A DNA stretch of 39,374 nucleotides. Source: Prolixibacteraceae bacterium. GTDB taxonomy: Bacteria; Bacteroidota; Bacteroidia; Bacteroidales; Prolixibacteraceae. The stretch is from the NCBI GenBank assembly GCA_027858145.1, contig JAQIDF010000218.1, positions 1 through 39,374 of the forward strand. The letters are read 5' to 3'. Numbering within the stretch: position 1 is the stretch's first letter; each line of letters begins with the position of its first letter. A model generated the notes under the pieces. It made no database searches and was not told the DNA's origin. It saw only the letters and a program-made list of their open reading frames with translations. Made by a program: the position numbers and the translations under genes. Positions 10,494 through 19,790 of the stretch are shown here, piece by piece.

Positions 10494-10555
10494 GATGGCA
10501 ATTGCGTTAATGAGACGAATGAAGTACATTTGATTTGATATAATACCAATTTAAA

Positions 10556-10686
10556 CATGGTTTTACAGAAAAAAGAAATCCGTAAACTTTCGGTTAAGCA
10601 AAGTTCTAAACAACTGGCAGTGGAAATTCTTCCCGACAAGGCGATGTTCGATTTTTACCCAAATGGAGGGAAAATAATAATTACTA
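10556..10686 (+). repeat. 131-bp direct repeat, copy 2
   Basis: Ungapped match to 102-232 with 11 mismatches; offset 10454 nt. Confidence 0.95.
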
Positions 10687-10736
10687 TAAAAAATGATAAA
10701 AAAACAACTAATTTTTCTAATTGCAATAGTTTTTAG
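10557..10736 (+). pseudogene. orphan 3' fragment of the gene ending at 258
   Basis: Reads MVLQKKEIRKLSVKQSSKQLAVEILPDKAMFDFYPNGGKIIITIKNDKKTTNFSNCNSF*, matching the C-terminus of CDS 1..258 up to IIIT. It overlaps the start of the SGNH gene at 10693. Confidence 0.75.
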
Positions 10737-11451
10737 TATTAATGCTTTAGGGCAATCAAAGCAACTTACAATCAAGGAAAAGGTAAAATTGTATCCAACC
10801 AAAGAAATTGTCTCCCCTTACCATAACGATTGGACACAAGCTCATTACAAAAAACGAATTGCGTATTTTGAGAATGAACCTTTGGAATTTGGCGATATTG
10901 TTTTTATTGGAAATAGTATTACAGAAAAAGGCAAAAATTGGACTGGAAAATTTAATGTTGCTCATATTCGAAACCGCGGAATTGCTGGTGATGTTACAGA
11001 TGGTGTATTAAAACGTCTTAATGAAATTGTTTATTTCAAACCCAAAGCGGTATTTATCCTGATAGGTATAAATGATCTATTTAACAATCATCATGAAGAA
11101 GCCGGAGGGAATTTAAAATATTATAAAATTGTTCCATCAACAGATTATGTTGGTGAAAATATATTGAAAATCGCAAAACTAATTCACAATAAATCTCCAG
11201 AGACAAAAATTTATGTGCAAACAGTTTTACCTACCCGCCGAAAATATTTGAAGGAAGATGTCTTATCTGTAAATAAAATAATTAAAAAAAACGAAGCCAA
11301 AGGTTATTACAATGTTATTGACTTGTATAGTCAATTTGTTGATTCAAATGGTGACTTGATAAAAGAACTGACCGTTGATGGAGTTCATTTGAGTGATAAA
11401 GGTTACCAAAAATGGGTTGAGATTGAAAAATCTTTAATTGAAGGACTATAG
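10693..11451 (+). CDS. SGNH/GDSL hydrolase (probable carbohydrate O-acetylesterase), secreted
   Basis: Block I FIGNSIT, block II NRGIAGD, block III IGIND, block V DGVH; signal peptide. Confidence 0.9.
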   Translation: MIKKQLIFLIAIVFSINALGQSKQLTIKEKVKLYPTKEIVSPYHNDWTQAHYKKRIAYFENEPLEFGDIVFIGNSITEKGKNWTGKFNVAHIRNRGIAGDVTDGVLKRLNEIVYFKPKAVFILIGINDLFNNHHEEAGGNLKYYKIVPSTDYVGENILKIAKLIHNKSPETKIYVQTVLPTRRKYLKEDVLSVNKIIKKNEAKGYYNVIDLYSQFVDSNGDLIKELTVDGVHLSDKGYQKWVEIEKSLIEGL

Positions 11452-11581
11452 ACTAAAAACTAAAGGATTTATCAATATTGAGCTAATTTACAAATTTTCA
11501 CAGTTAGAGAAAGTGTACATTAAAACAACGAGATAAAACAACAACTATAATTAATTTACAATTCAAATTCTAAAGGTTCTT

Positions 11582-12541
11582 ATGCTTAACAACTTATTCA
11601 CACTAAAAATATTTTTATTTTTAGCTATAACTACTCAAATTATTGCTTTGTCTGCTTACGATTCAATGGGGCAGATTGAGGACAAATTTAGTACGGGAGT
11701 TCATCATCACTTAGGAACTGAAATACCCTTTCAACTTTTTATTCCTAACTCATACGAGTCTTCACGGCAGTATCCATTGCTTCTTCATTTACATGGAGCA
11801 GGCTCTCGTGGAACAGATAACATTATTCAGATTGACCGACCAGCAATAGCATATTTTACCTCAGATTCTAACCAGACAAAACATCCAGCTTTTGTATTGT
11901 GCCCTCAGTGCCCCAAAGGGCAGCAATGGGTAGATTTCCCCTGGGAACAAGGAAATTATATTCAGGATAGTATTCCAGAGTCGAATGAACTCATTGCAGT
12001 TGAGGATTTGTTGGATTCTATTATCAATCATTATTCAATTGACACAAATCGATTATATGCTTATGGAGAATCGATGGGAGGTTTTGGCACGTGGGATTTA
12101 ATTACTCGTAATCCAAACAAATTTGCCGCAACTATATCTGTAGTAGGTGCAGGAGACCCATCTAAGATGCACTTAATTAAACATATGGCGATATGGGGTT
12201 TTCATGGAAACGCTGACCGTGTAGTTCCTGTTACCGGAACACGCAACATGATGAAGATCCTCGACTCCTTGGGTTCAGATGTTTTATATACTAATTGCAA
12301 TCTGGTAAATTGCGATGGAATGTCGAAGGTGGATGTTGAAGCCATTATATCATCAGATTCTCCACAACGGCATATATATTCAGAATTAGATGGTGTAGGA
12401 CATGAACTTTGGTCTACATATATTCACGAATTTGATGGTATAATTGACTGGTTATTCAGCTTTTCAAAGTCAAGTACAATTCCTCAAAAGGATAATAAGA
12501 AGATTGAAGTTAAATCAAAAGACAAACCAACTGAATGGTAA
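11582..12541 (+). CDS. secreted alpha/beta hydrolase (COG4099 'predicted peptidase'/carboxylesterase-like)
   Basis: YPLLLHLHGAGSRGTDN, FVLCPQCP, IDTNRLY, GESMGGFGTW, FHGNADRVV, GVGH; signal peptide. Confidence 0.85.
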   Translation: MLNNLFTLKIFLFLAITTQIIALSAYDSMGQIEDKFSTGVHHHLGTEIPFQLFIPNSYESSRQYPLLLHLHGAGSRGTDNIIQIDRPAIAYFTSDSNQTKHPAFVLCPQCPKGQQWVDFPWEQGNYIQDSIPESNELIAVEDLLDSIINHYSIDTNRLYAYGESMGGFGTWDLITRNPNKFAATISVVGAGDPSKMHLIKHMAIWGFHGNADRVVPVTGTRNMMKILDSLGSDVLYTNCNLVNCDGMSKVDVEAIISSDSPQRHIYSELDGVGHELWSTYIHEFDGIIDWLFSFSKSSTIPQKDNKKIEVKSKDKPTEW

Positions 12542-12543
12542 CA

Positions 12544-12569
12544 ATTACACTTTATTTTTGAAGTGTAAT
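12544..12569. terminator. hairpin immediately after the stop of 11582..12541 (terminator or mRNA-stabilising stem)
   Basis: attacactt-tatttttg-aagtgtaat: perfect 9-bp inverted repeat. It is AT-rich and has no clear U-tract, so function is uncertain. Confidence 0.4.
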
Positions 12570-12677
12570 AAGTATGTAGTAATGTTTGGTGATATGGAAA
12601 CAGAATTGAAAGATAAATTAGGAATTATAAAAGAGTTATGCTGCATTTATTTTCTTATAAAATATTGATTCATTAAA

Positions 12678-12685
12678 TAAATTTG
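12678..12685 (+). promoter_or_regulatory. candidate Bacteroidota -7 promoter element for the sensor kinase
   Basis: TAAATTTG matches TAnnTTTG, 47 nt upstream of ATG 12733. No convincing -33 TTTG; the AT-rich context makes a chance match possible. Confidence 0.35.
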
Positions 12686-12732
12686 ACTAGCTTGTGAGTG
12701 ATCTTAATAACTAGTGCAATAGGGGTAATTAT

Positions 12733-15700
12733 ATGCGATCTGGTTTTATTTATTTAAAGTATATTTTTTTAATTTTATTCTTGTGCAATTGTAGCGATGC
12801 AATTTCATCTTCCCATGAAATAAAGATCGGTTTTAATCATTTGTCTAAGTCTAATATTCTGAGTTCTACAGATATTACTTGCATCTCTAAGGATGTAGAT
12901 GGTTTTTTGTGGTATGGAACAAAAAACGGTTTGAACCGATATGACGGGTATGACATTGTTCATTATTTTTTTGATGCTAATGATTCATCCTCAATTCCAG
13001 GAAATGTAATAAACGATTTGTTGGTTGATCGAAATGGAAATTTATGGGCTGCCACAAATCATGGAATAGCAAAATATATTAGAGCAACCAATAATTTTGA
13101 GCGATTATCCAATCTTGAGCAACAAAACTTCATTGTTAGTTTTATGATTCTTCCGGATAATAGATTGATTGCATGTTCTCCGGATCAGGTTTGTATTTAT
13201 GATCTGAATGAAAATAAACAAAAGGTATTGGTTAACATTAGTGATCTTGGCTTAGGGACAGACAATAGAATATTTTCTAATTCAGTTGTTGATAAATATT
13301 CAAATGTATGGGTTTTTACAATTGATAAGGTACTCAAATTCAGTGATGCCAATTTTGATAAGTTTGAGGTTTTTTCTCATCCAATGAATTCAATTCATAA
13401 ATCGAAAACTGATAAAGATCAAAACATTTGGTTTGCAACTTTAAATGGAATATTTCAGCTTGATGCTGACAACAATAATTTTATTCAGTTAAATCCAATA
13501 CCTGAATTGGATGATTTGTTTATGAACGAAACTTGGGATATTGAATTTGATTCAAATGATAATATTTGGTTTGCAACAACGAACAAAGGTCTTTTCCAGT
13601 TAAATAAAAACACATTGAAAATTCAACGGTTTTTTCATGATGAAATGGATGAAAATACAATTAGCAATGATAACATTCGATCAATTTTCATCGACGATAA
13701 TGAATTGTTGTGGATCGGGTCTCAACATGCTGGTATCGATTACACTTTGTTAAATAAACCTAAGAATTTTAAAAGTATTACATCTATTTTAACACCTGAT
13801 AAATTAAATTCAAACTTGATTGTTTCTAATATTGAGCAAGACAATAATGGACAAATTTTAATTAGTACAGATGGAGATGGTTTGGGGGTAATGACAAGCG
13901 AAACCACCTTAACTTCAAGTGATTTAACGGTATTAAATTCCGAAATAAAAAAATATACAAATTTTGTACTTACTATCGAAAATGACCATGCTGGAAATTT
14001 ATGGTTTGGCGGGTTTAATATTCCTTTTATAAAATATAGTTTAGAGCATAAAAGATGGACTGTTTTTAATTTTGAATGTGCATTTCCAAAATGTAATGGG
14101 CTACATCGTACTCGCGATATACTCGCTGATTCAAGGGGAAATATATGGTTTGCTACCAATCATCATGGTGTAATAATGCTTGATACTTTAAATCAATTCC
14201 ATACCTACGACCTTACTGGCGGAAATAACTATGCAATTAGTTTGGAAGAAATAAATGGTCAATTGTGGATAGGTACTTACGATGGTTTGGTAATAATGGA
14301 AATGAATGATCCTTCTGTTGTAAAAATTTACAAATCGACTATTGACGATACAACTTCAATTACGAGTAATTGGGTTTATGATTTTTATCAAGATGAAAAA
14401 AAGCGTATTTGGATAGCAACTTCAAGTGGTTTGAATTTATACCACCCAGATTCAGATACTTTTGAAGATGTTTGCATCACTGGAGAAGAACAAAATAATG
14501 ATGTAATTGCCAGTATTCTTGGTGATGACATAGGTAATTTGTGGTTGGCAACACAAAATGGAATTGTGCGATATATTCCAGAAAGTGATGATATAAAAAG
14601 GTTTACCGTTTCCGATGGGTTGCCGTCAAATAGTTTTTTTATTAATTCATGTAAAAAACACGAAAATGGTGATTTGTATTTTGGAAGCACAAATGGACTG
14701 GTTTTTTTTACACCTTCAGAAATTAAGAAAGATACCATTCCGCCTAATGTTGTAATTACCAATATTCAGTTATTTTTTGAAGACATAGATCCAGCTGATT
14801 ATTTTAATGAGGAAGAAAAGACAATCAGTTATATTTTTAAATACAATCAATCTACAATTAGTTTTAATTATGCTGGTTTAAATTTTTGGTCGAACACTGA
14901 TAATAGGTATGAATATAAATTGGTTGGGTATGGAAATGATTGGTTGGATGTGGGGAATAGACGAGAGGCTGTTTTTACGAATCTTGATCCTGGGGCATAT
15001 ACTTTTACTGTTCGGGCTATAAATAAGGATGGAGTTATTGGTGAGGAGAATGAGTCAGTTGATTTTATTATTACTCCACCATGGTGGGCTACAACTTTGT
15101 TTCGTATTTTTCTGATTTTTCTTGGTGCATCAATTCTTTATGTGGTATTTCAACTAAGAATTTATTCAATAAAAAGGCAAAAAATAAAACTTCAGGAATT
15201 GGTGCAATTAAGAACTTCTCAACTGCACAAAAAAAACAGTGAGTTAGAACACAAAACTGATGAGTTGAATGATGTTAACATTGAATTAATCGAACATCAA
15301 GGTCGGTTAGAAAAACAAGCCAAAGAATTAGTTAAGTATAACAATCAATTAGATGAGTTGAATAAATCGAAAGATAAGTTTTTCTCGATTATTGCTCACG
15401 ATTTAAAAAATCCTTTTGGTACAGTTTTAGGTTTTTCTAATTTACTGATTGACGATGAATCAAATTATACCGCTAATGAACAAAGGCAGATCATTTATAA
15501 TATTCACAATTCAACACAGCGAATATACGACTTGCTTGAAAATCTTTTGATTTGGAGTGGTAGTCAGCTAAATAAGATTGAAATTAAACCAATAAGGTAT
15601 TGTATTAATCAACAAATTTTAAAGGTTTTTTTATTGTTAGAAGATTATGCAATGTCTAAAAAAATTAAATTGATATTTGATGATGTCAATAATGAGTTTT

Positions 15701-16053
15701 TTGTATTAGCTGATGAGTCGATGATTGAAACTGTTTTTCGAAATTTAATAACCAATGCAATAAAGTTCACTCCTGAAAAGGGGGTAATTCATGTTCTAGT
15801 AAATAGGGTTAAAGCAGTAGTAAAAGTTTCGATAAAAGACACAGGAGTTGGAATGACCAAAAAACAAGTTGATAGTTTATTTAAAATAGACAAAGTGACC
15901 TCTACCTCAGGAACAAATGGAGAAGAAGGAACAGGCTTGGGTTTAAGTATTTGCTTCGATTTTATCAAGAAAAACAAAGGTGAAATATGGGTCGAAAGTA
16001 AAATCAATAAGGGAACAACTTTTTTCTTTAGTTTGAGAATTCAAGAAACGTAA
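12733..16053 (+). CDS. membrane sensor histidine kinase with periplasmic beta-propeller and Y_Y_Y domains (no receiver or AraC domain)
   Basis: Repeated DxxGxLWxGTxxGL propeller motifs, YEYKLVG...LDPGAYTF (Y_Y_Y), PPWW plus TM helix, coiled coil, AHDLKNPF (His box), NLITNAIKFT, DTGVGM, GTGLGL, GTTFFF, then stop. Confidence 0.93.
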   Translation: MRSGFIYLKYIFLILFLCNCSDAISSSHEIKIGFNHLSKSNILSSTDITCISKDVDGFLWYGTKNGLNRYDGYDIVHYFFDANDSSSIPGNVINDLLVDRNGNLWAATNHGIAKYIRATNNFERLSNLEQQNFIVSFMILPDNRLIACSPDQVCIYDLNENKQKVLVNISDLGLGTDNRIFSNSVVDKYSNVWVFTIDKVLKFSDANFDKFEVFSHPMNSIHKSKTDKDQNIWFATLNGIFQLDADNNNFIQLNPIPELDDLFMNETWDIEFDSNDNIWFATTNKGLFQLNKNTLKIQRFFHDEMDENTISNDNIRSIFIDDNELLWIGSQHAGIDYTLLNKPKNFKSITSILTPDKLNSNLIVSNIEQDNNGQILISTDGDGLGVMTSETTLTSSDLTVLNSEIKKYTNFVLTIENDHAGNLWFGGFNIPFIKYSLEHKRWTVFNFECAFPKCNGLHRTRDILADSRGNIWFATNHHGVIMLDTLNQFHTYDLTGGNNYAISLEEINGQLWIGTYDGLVIMEMNDPSVVKIYKSTIDDTTSITSNWVYDFYQDEKKRIWIATSSGLNLYHPDSDTFEDVCITGEEQNNDVIASILGDDIGNLWLATQNGIVRYIPESDDIKRFTVSDGLPSNSFFINSCKKHENGDLYFGSTNGLVFFTPSEIKKDTIPPNVVITNIQLFFEDIDPADYFNEEEKTISYIFKYNQSTISFNYAGLNFWSNTDNRYEYKLVGYGNDWLDVGNRREAVFTNLDPGAYTFTVRAINKDGVIGEENESVDFIITPPWWATTLFRIFLIFLGASILYVVFQLRIYSIKRQKIKLQELVQLRTSQLHKKNSELEHKTDELNDVNIELIEHQGRLEKQAKELVKYNNQLDELNKSKDKFFSIIAHDLKNPFGTVLGFSNLLIDDESNYTANEQRQIIYNIHNSTQRIYDLLENLLIWSGSQLNKIEIKPIRYCINQQILKVFLLLEDYAMSKKIKLIFDDVNNEFFVLADESMIETVFRNLITNAIKFTPEKGVIHVLVNRVKAVVKVSIKDTGVGMTKKQVDSLFKIDKVTSTSGTNGEEGTGLGLSICFDFIKKNKGEIWVESKINKGTTFFFSLRIQET

Positions 16054-16075
16054 GGGGTGTTTGAATTGTTCACGA

Positions 16076-16249
16076 TTATATTTCATCGCATGTAAATAAT
16101 GGTGTAATGCCTTCCTTTTGAAGATCGGATTTCATGATGTCTACTCTTATTCTGGTTTTGAATTGAGAAGCGGCTTTAAAAATTTCCTCCATCAGTTGAA
16201 CATCTCCTGGAGTATTCAGAATAGCATTAGGGTTACCCACCTCCCCCTT
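16076..16249 (-). pseudogene. possible 3' fragment of an unidentified gene fused out of frame to the truncated hydrolase
   Basis: 57 open codons starting right at the breakpoint: KGEVGNPNAILNTPGDVQLMEEIFKAASQFKTRIRVDIMKSDLQKEGITPLFTCDEI*. Family not recognised. Confidence 0.35.
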
Positions 16250-16610
16250 CTATTAAAGTCTCTCCATCATCGGAACAAGTATAAGGATCCGATAGGCCGT
16301 GTCCCCGGGCATCAAGCATGTATATATCATATGAGTCCTGCAACTTCCACGTAAGTGTTGTCCAGCTAAGCCCGATATCCGTAACTCCATGAACCATTAC
16401 AATGACAGGTTTTTCAGGCGCGGGAACAGCATGATAGTAATGAATGCGAATCCCGTTTGCATAGACATAAGCATCCGACCAACCGTCAGGTATCCCTGGA
16501 GGATCAGCAGCAAAAGTGATTACAGGTATTAAAATAAAAAATGCCATGACTTTTAGAAATAATTGGGTTATTCCTTTTTTCAGCATTTTAGTTGTTTGTT
16601 TTATTTCCAT
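16233..16610 (-). pseudogene. 5' fragment of a secreted alpha/beta hydrolase (Abhydrolase_1-like)
   Basis: Signal peptide, ANGIRIHY, VMVHGVTD, LDARGHGLS are present, but the frame ends ETLIEGGG* before any GxSxG nucleophile. The missing part is not in the adjacent minus-strand frames I read. Confidence 0.85.
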
Positions 16611-16707
16611 TTTTAGTAGATTTTTAAGTAGTTGATATTATTTAAGTAATTAAAAATCAATAATAAATAGTTAATAACAGGAGTATTGTAATGATACAGT
16701 AGGCAGG

Positions 16708-17601
16708 TTACTTTATTGAATTACTAATTTGATCAGCTCCAATTTTATTGATGTCAAACATCCAGGCAATTAAAGGTTCCACCCACTTTGAATGAGGGCC
16801 TTTGGTCCCTGCACTGAAACCAAAACCGTGGCCTACATCAGCATATATATGTAGTTCTGCCGGTACATTAACCTCCTTGAATTTTAAGTAAAGTTTAGGC
16901 ATGCCGGTTGAAATGCTTTCCATATCCTTAAAGCCACCAACTATAAACGCCGGTGCAGAGGATTTAGAAAGCGTAATATCATTAACCCAAGCTGGATATA
17001 CCAACACTTGAAAATTTGGCTTACTGCTAAAGGTCTCTACAGGGTCGTCTGCTTCAACATTGCCACTATCAGCCTGGATGTCTGTTAGGGCGGCAACTTG
17101 CCCACCGGCAGAAAAGCCCATAATTCCAATTTTTGTTGGGTCAATTTTCCATTCCGATGCCCGACTTCTAACCAATCTGACTGCTCTCTGCATGTCTTTT
17201 ACAGAATGGCCTTCCACCGTGTAGTTTGAATTTTTGTCACGTGCCAGGCGGTATTTCAAAATAAATACCGTTATGCCATTATCTGCCAATTTCTGTGCGA
17301 TATCGTATCCCTCATGGTTCATCCAAAGTTCTCTATGAGCGCCTCCAGGTGCAATAACAATAGAAACACCTGTAGCTTTTCCCGCTTTGGGGATATAAGG
17401 TGTAATAGAGGGTTCATGAACATTAGACACCACTTGTGCGCCGCTGCCTGGATCAATGCGTATAATCTCTTCTCCTCCATTTGGATTTGCACCGGGAGCA
17501 CCATTGGGCCATAATTTAATAGAGGGCTGGCGTTGAGCCTGAACAGAAAAAACCGTTATCAGGCTTAATATCAGTACTAAAGTGTATTTATTAACAATCA
17601 T
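16708..17601 (-). CDS. secreted alpha/beta-hydrolase esterase (BD-FAE/acetyl esterase-like)
   Basis: LWPNGAPG, IAPGGAH, LKYRL, DMQRAVRLVR, GFSAGG, ELHIYADVGHGFG. Confidence 0.88.
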   Translation of the reverse strand: MIVNKYTLVLILSLITVFSVQAQRQPSIKLWPNGAPGANPNGGEEIIRIDPGSGAQVVSNVHEPSITPYIPKAGKATGVSIVIAPGGAHRELWMNHEGYDIAQKLADNGITVFILKYRLARDKNSNYTVEGHSVKDMQRAVRLVRSRASEWKIDPTKIGIMGFSAGGQVAALTDIQADSGNVEADDPVETFSSKPNFQVLVYPAWVNDITLSKSSAPAFIVGGFKDMESISTGMPKLYLKFKEVNVPAELHIYADVGHGFGFSAGTKGPHSKWVEPLIAWMFDINKIGADQISNSIK

Positions 17602-17610
17602 TTTCCTATG

Positions 17611-18699
17611 TTATTTAAAAATTTTCCGGGTAAAAAAATGCAGGTCATTTCTCCACACGTACATGGAATGTCCACCGTCCATCTCACTAAAGTCTGATTC
17701 AATACCGTATTTAGCAAAAACGGCTCTTGTTTGAGGAGTAAATCTTACGGCCAGGTCTGATTCTCCGCCAGTTGTAAATCTGAAATATTTTATATTTTCC
17801 TTTAAGATCGGGGCTACAGCTTTTACCCGCTCATCGAATTTTGCAAATCCATCTTCGCCTCTTGAAAACCAGCCTGAACTCATAACGCTGACGTATGAAA
17901 ACATGCCGGGATATTCCAGAAGTGTTTCCAACGTCTCAAACCCTCCCATAGAAAGCCCTGCGATAGCCCGGTGTTTGGTGTCTGCCTGTACACGGAAATT
18001 AGCTTCTATATATGGTACAATACTGCTTCCCAAATCGTGCGCAAAAGTTTCAACCGGAATGCTGCCATCAGGCATAACAACAACCATTGGAACTATCTTT
18101 TTTTCAGCAAACAAATTATCAAGAATCCATCCTGCCTTTCCCTGTAGCGGCCAATTGGTATCGTTGTCACCTGCACCGTGCATTAAGTAGAGCACCGGAA
18201 GTTTTTTGCCGTTAGATATATAACCTGGCGGCATCCAAACATACATCCGCCTTGTTGTTTTTGTAGCGGCAGATTCATAGTATACAATTGACAGAAGCCC
18301 GTGCGGAACGGCTTTCATTTGCCAGAACATAGTTTCTCCTTTGGGTACAATGTCTACCATCGGGCGAAAATCCGCCACCATCGGGTTTTTTGGGTCATTT
18401 ACTTTCATCCCATCTACCGTGAAGTAGTAACGATAGGCACTTGGGTTCATGTTCGGGGCCGTTGTCATGGTCCATACACCGTTGTCGGCTCTTTCGATCT
18501 TTTCGGCTTTGAGATCGCCGCTCAATTCAACAGACTTAGCATCAGGAGCATAAAGCCGTAATGTTGCACTGCCATCATCATTCATTTCAAACGATACTAA
18601 ATCGTCGTTAGGAGTAGGTACTCTTTGTGCTCTCCTTGGTTGTGCATTCATTGCAGAAACAGATACCAAGAAGATAAAAAGTATAATTATTTTTTTCAT
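17611..18699 (-). CDS. CE1-type esterase with N-terminal CBM48-like domain
   Basis: LYAPDAKSV...GVWT...YRYYFTVDG..DP.N (CBM48/E-set), VPHG, LPVLYLMHGAGD, RAIAGLSMGG, DGGHSMYVWR. Confidence 0.9.
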   Translation of the reverse strand: MKKIIILFIFLVSVSAMNAQPRRAQRVPTPNDDLVSFEMNDDGSATLRLYAPDAKSVELSGDLKAEKIERADNGVWTMTTAPNMNPSAYRYYFTVDGMKVNDPKNPMVADFRPMVDIVPKGETMFWQMKAVPHGLLSIVYYESAATKTTRRMYVWMPPGYISNGKKLPVLYLMHGAGDNDTNWPLQGKAGWILDNLFAEKKIVPMVVVMPDGSIPVETFAHDLGSSIVPYIEANFRVQADTKHRAIAGLSMGGFETLETLLEYPGMFSYVSVMSSGWFSRGEDGFAKFDERVKAVAPILKENIKYFRFTTGGESDLAVRFTPQTRAVFAKYGIESDFSEMDGGHSMYVWRNDLHFFTRKIFK

Positions 18700-18762
18700 G
18701 GTTATTTATTTAAAAATTAAAAGTTTGTTATACTAATCAAAATATACTATTGTTCTTAATTA

Positions 18763-19671
18763 CTAGAACTGCATGAAAAAATCCCAAGTTTCTTTTGCAA
18801 TCCAATTGATATCAGATCCTGGATCCTTTACATTTTCTGTATGACCACCAACAAATGAACCAAATACTACGGGATATTCTTCAGGAAGCCCTTCAAATTT
18901 AGTGGTAATATGGTTAGGGGTACTAGCAATAGGGATTTCGGGCAGTTCAATAAGTCCGTTGTCTTCAATATGTGTTAACACACAATATTTTCCACCCTGT
19001 TTTTTTTCATCGGAATTGATCCACTTACAAAGACCATCTTCAGTGCCAGTAGTGCTGTAAAATGCAAGGGGTTCATGCTTATTTTCTGGAAGATAAATAT
19101 TCCAGTTGGCTGGAGAGTAACATGCAACAGCTCGAAGATCTTTCTGAAAATCTAACGAGAGTGAATAGGTAACCATCGCACCAAAGCTAAAACCGCAACA
19201 AAATATACGAGAGGTGTCAATGCTTAACTTATTCTTGAATAATTCAAGCATATCAGCAAAGAAAATATGATCTTTATCATCACCACCTCGCCATGGAGAA
19301 CGGTCAGTGTATCCCTCTGGTGCTACAAAAATTACGGGGACATTATTCTTTTCTGCATAAGTTTTAAGTCCATAATATTGTTGTTCAACCATGTTATTCA
19401 TATGCCCTCCCATAAAGTGCATAGCAAAAATTAACCGGTGGGGGGTGTTTTTATCATAATTATCAGGAATATCAATCGTGTATTGGCGGGTAAGCCCCGC
19501 ACTCGTAATCGTGTAGGTTCCGCTTTTAAAATCCCCAAGTTCTTTACCAAAACCAGCACTAAGTACTGGAGCGTTCTTCAATTTACGAGCAACTTCGACT
19601 GATTCAACAGATTGTGCGTTCAACACGAAAACAAAAGCCAAAAAGATAAAACTTAAAATAAACTTCTTCAT
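18763..19671 (-). CDS. CE1-like feruloyl/acetyl esterase (FaeC/LpqC/PHB-depolymerase-like)
   Basis: RQYTIDIPDNYD...RLIFAMHFMGG, YYGL, FVAPEG, IDTSRIFCCGFSFG, GTED, GGH, ETWDFFMQF; signal peptide. Confidence 0.82.
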   Translation of the reverse strand: MKKFILSFIFLAFVFVLNAQSVESVEVARKLKNAPVLSAGFGKELGDFKSGTYTITSAGLTRQYTIDIPDNYDKNTPHRLIFAMHFMGGHMNNMVEQQYYGLKTYAEKNNVPVIFVAPEGYTDRSPWRGGDDKDHIFFADMLELFKNKLSIDTSRIFCCGFSFGAMVTYSLSLDFQKDLRAVACYSPANWNIYLPENKHEPLAFYSTTGTEDGLCKWINSDEKKQGGKYCVLTHIEDNGLIELPEIPIASTPNHITTKFEGLPEEYPVVFGSFVGGHTENVKDPGSDINWIAKETWDFFMQF

Positions 19672-19703
19672 TACTAATTATTTAAAAATTAACTGATTAT
19701 TTT

Positions 19704-19790
19704 TTAATTAAAACCTATCTGAGCAAAATAGTGAAGTGATTCACGTCATACCTCCATTCATGATTACCAGGAAAGGTATTGAACTCAAAG
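19704..19790 (-). pseudogene. decayed 3' end of a CE1-type esterase gene
   Basis: The minus strand reads FEFNTFPGNHEW, then after a 1-nt frameshift V*RESLHYFAQIGFN* (TGA where Trp is expected). This parallels the C-terminus GGHSMYVWRNDLHFFTRKIFK of 17611..18699. It begins exactly at the IS end. Confidence 0.7.

Noticed and set aside
10563-10802. 79-aa minus-strand ORF
   Set aside because: It is antisense to the duplicated gene tail and the SGNH start, and is explained by those.
12444-12668. 74-aa ORF as a frameshifted continuation of the 11582 hydrolase
   Set aside because: No domain-like or T9SS-like features, and it runs through a hairpin in AT-rich intergenic DNA.
16118-16354. 78-aa plus-strand ORF as a partner of the sensor kinase
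   Set aside because: No receiver motifs; it is antisense to the pseudogene junction.
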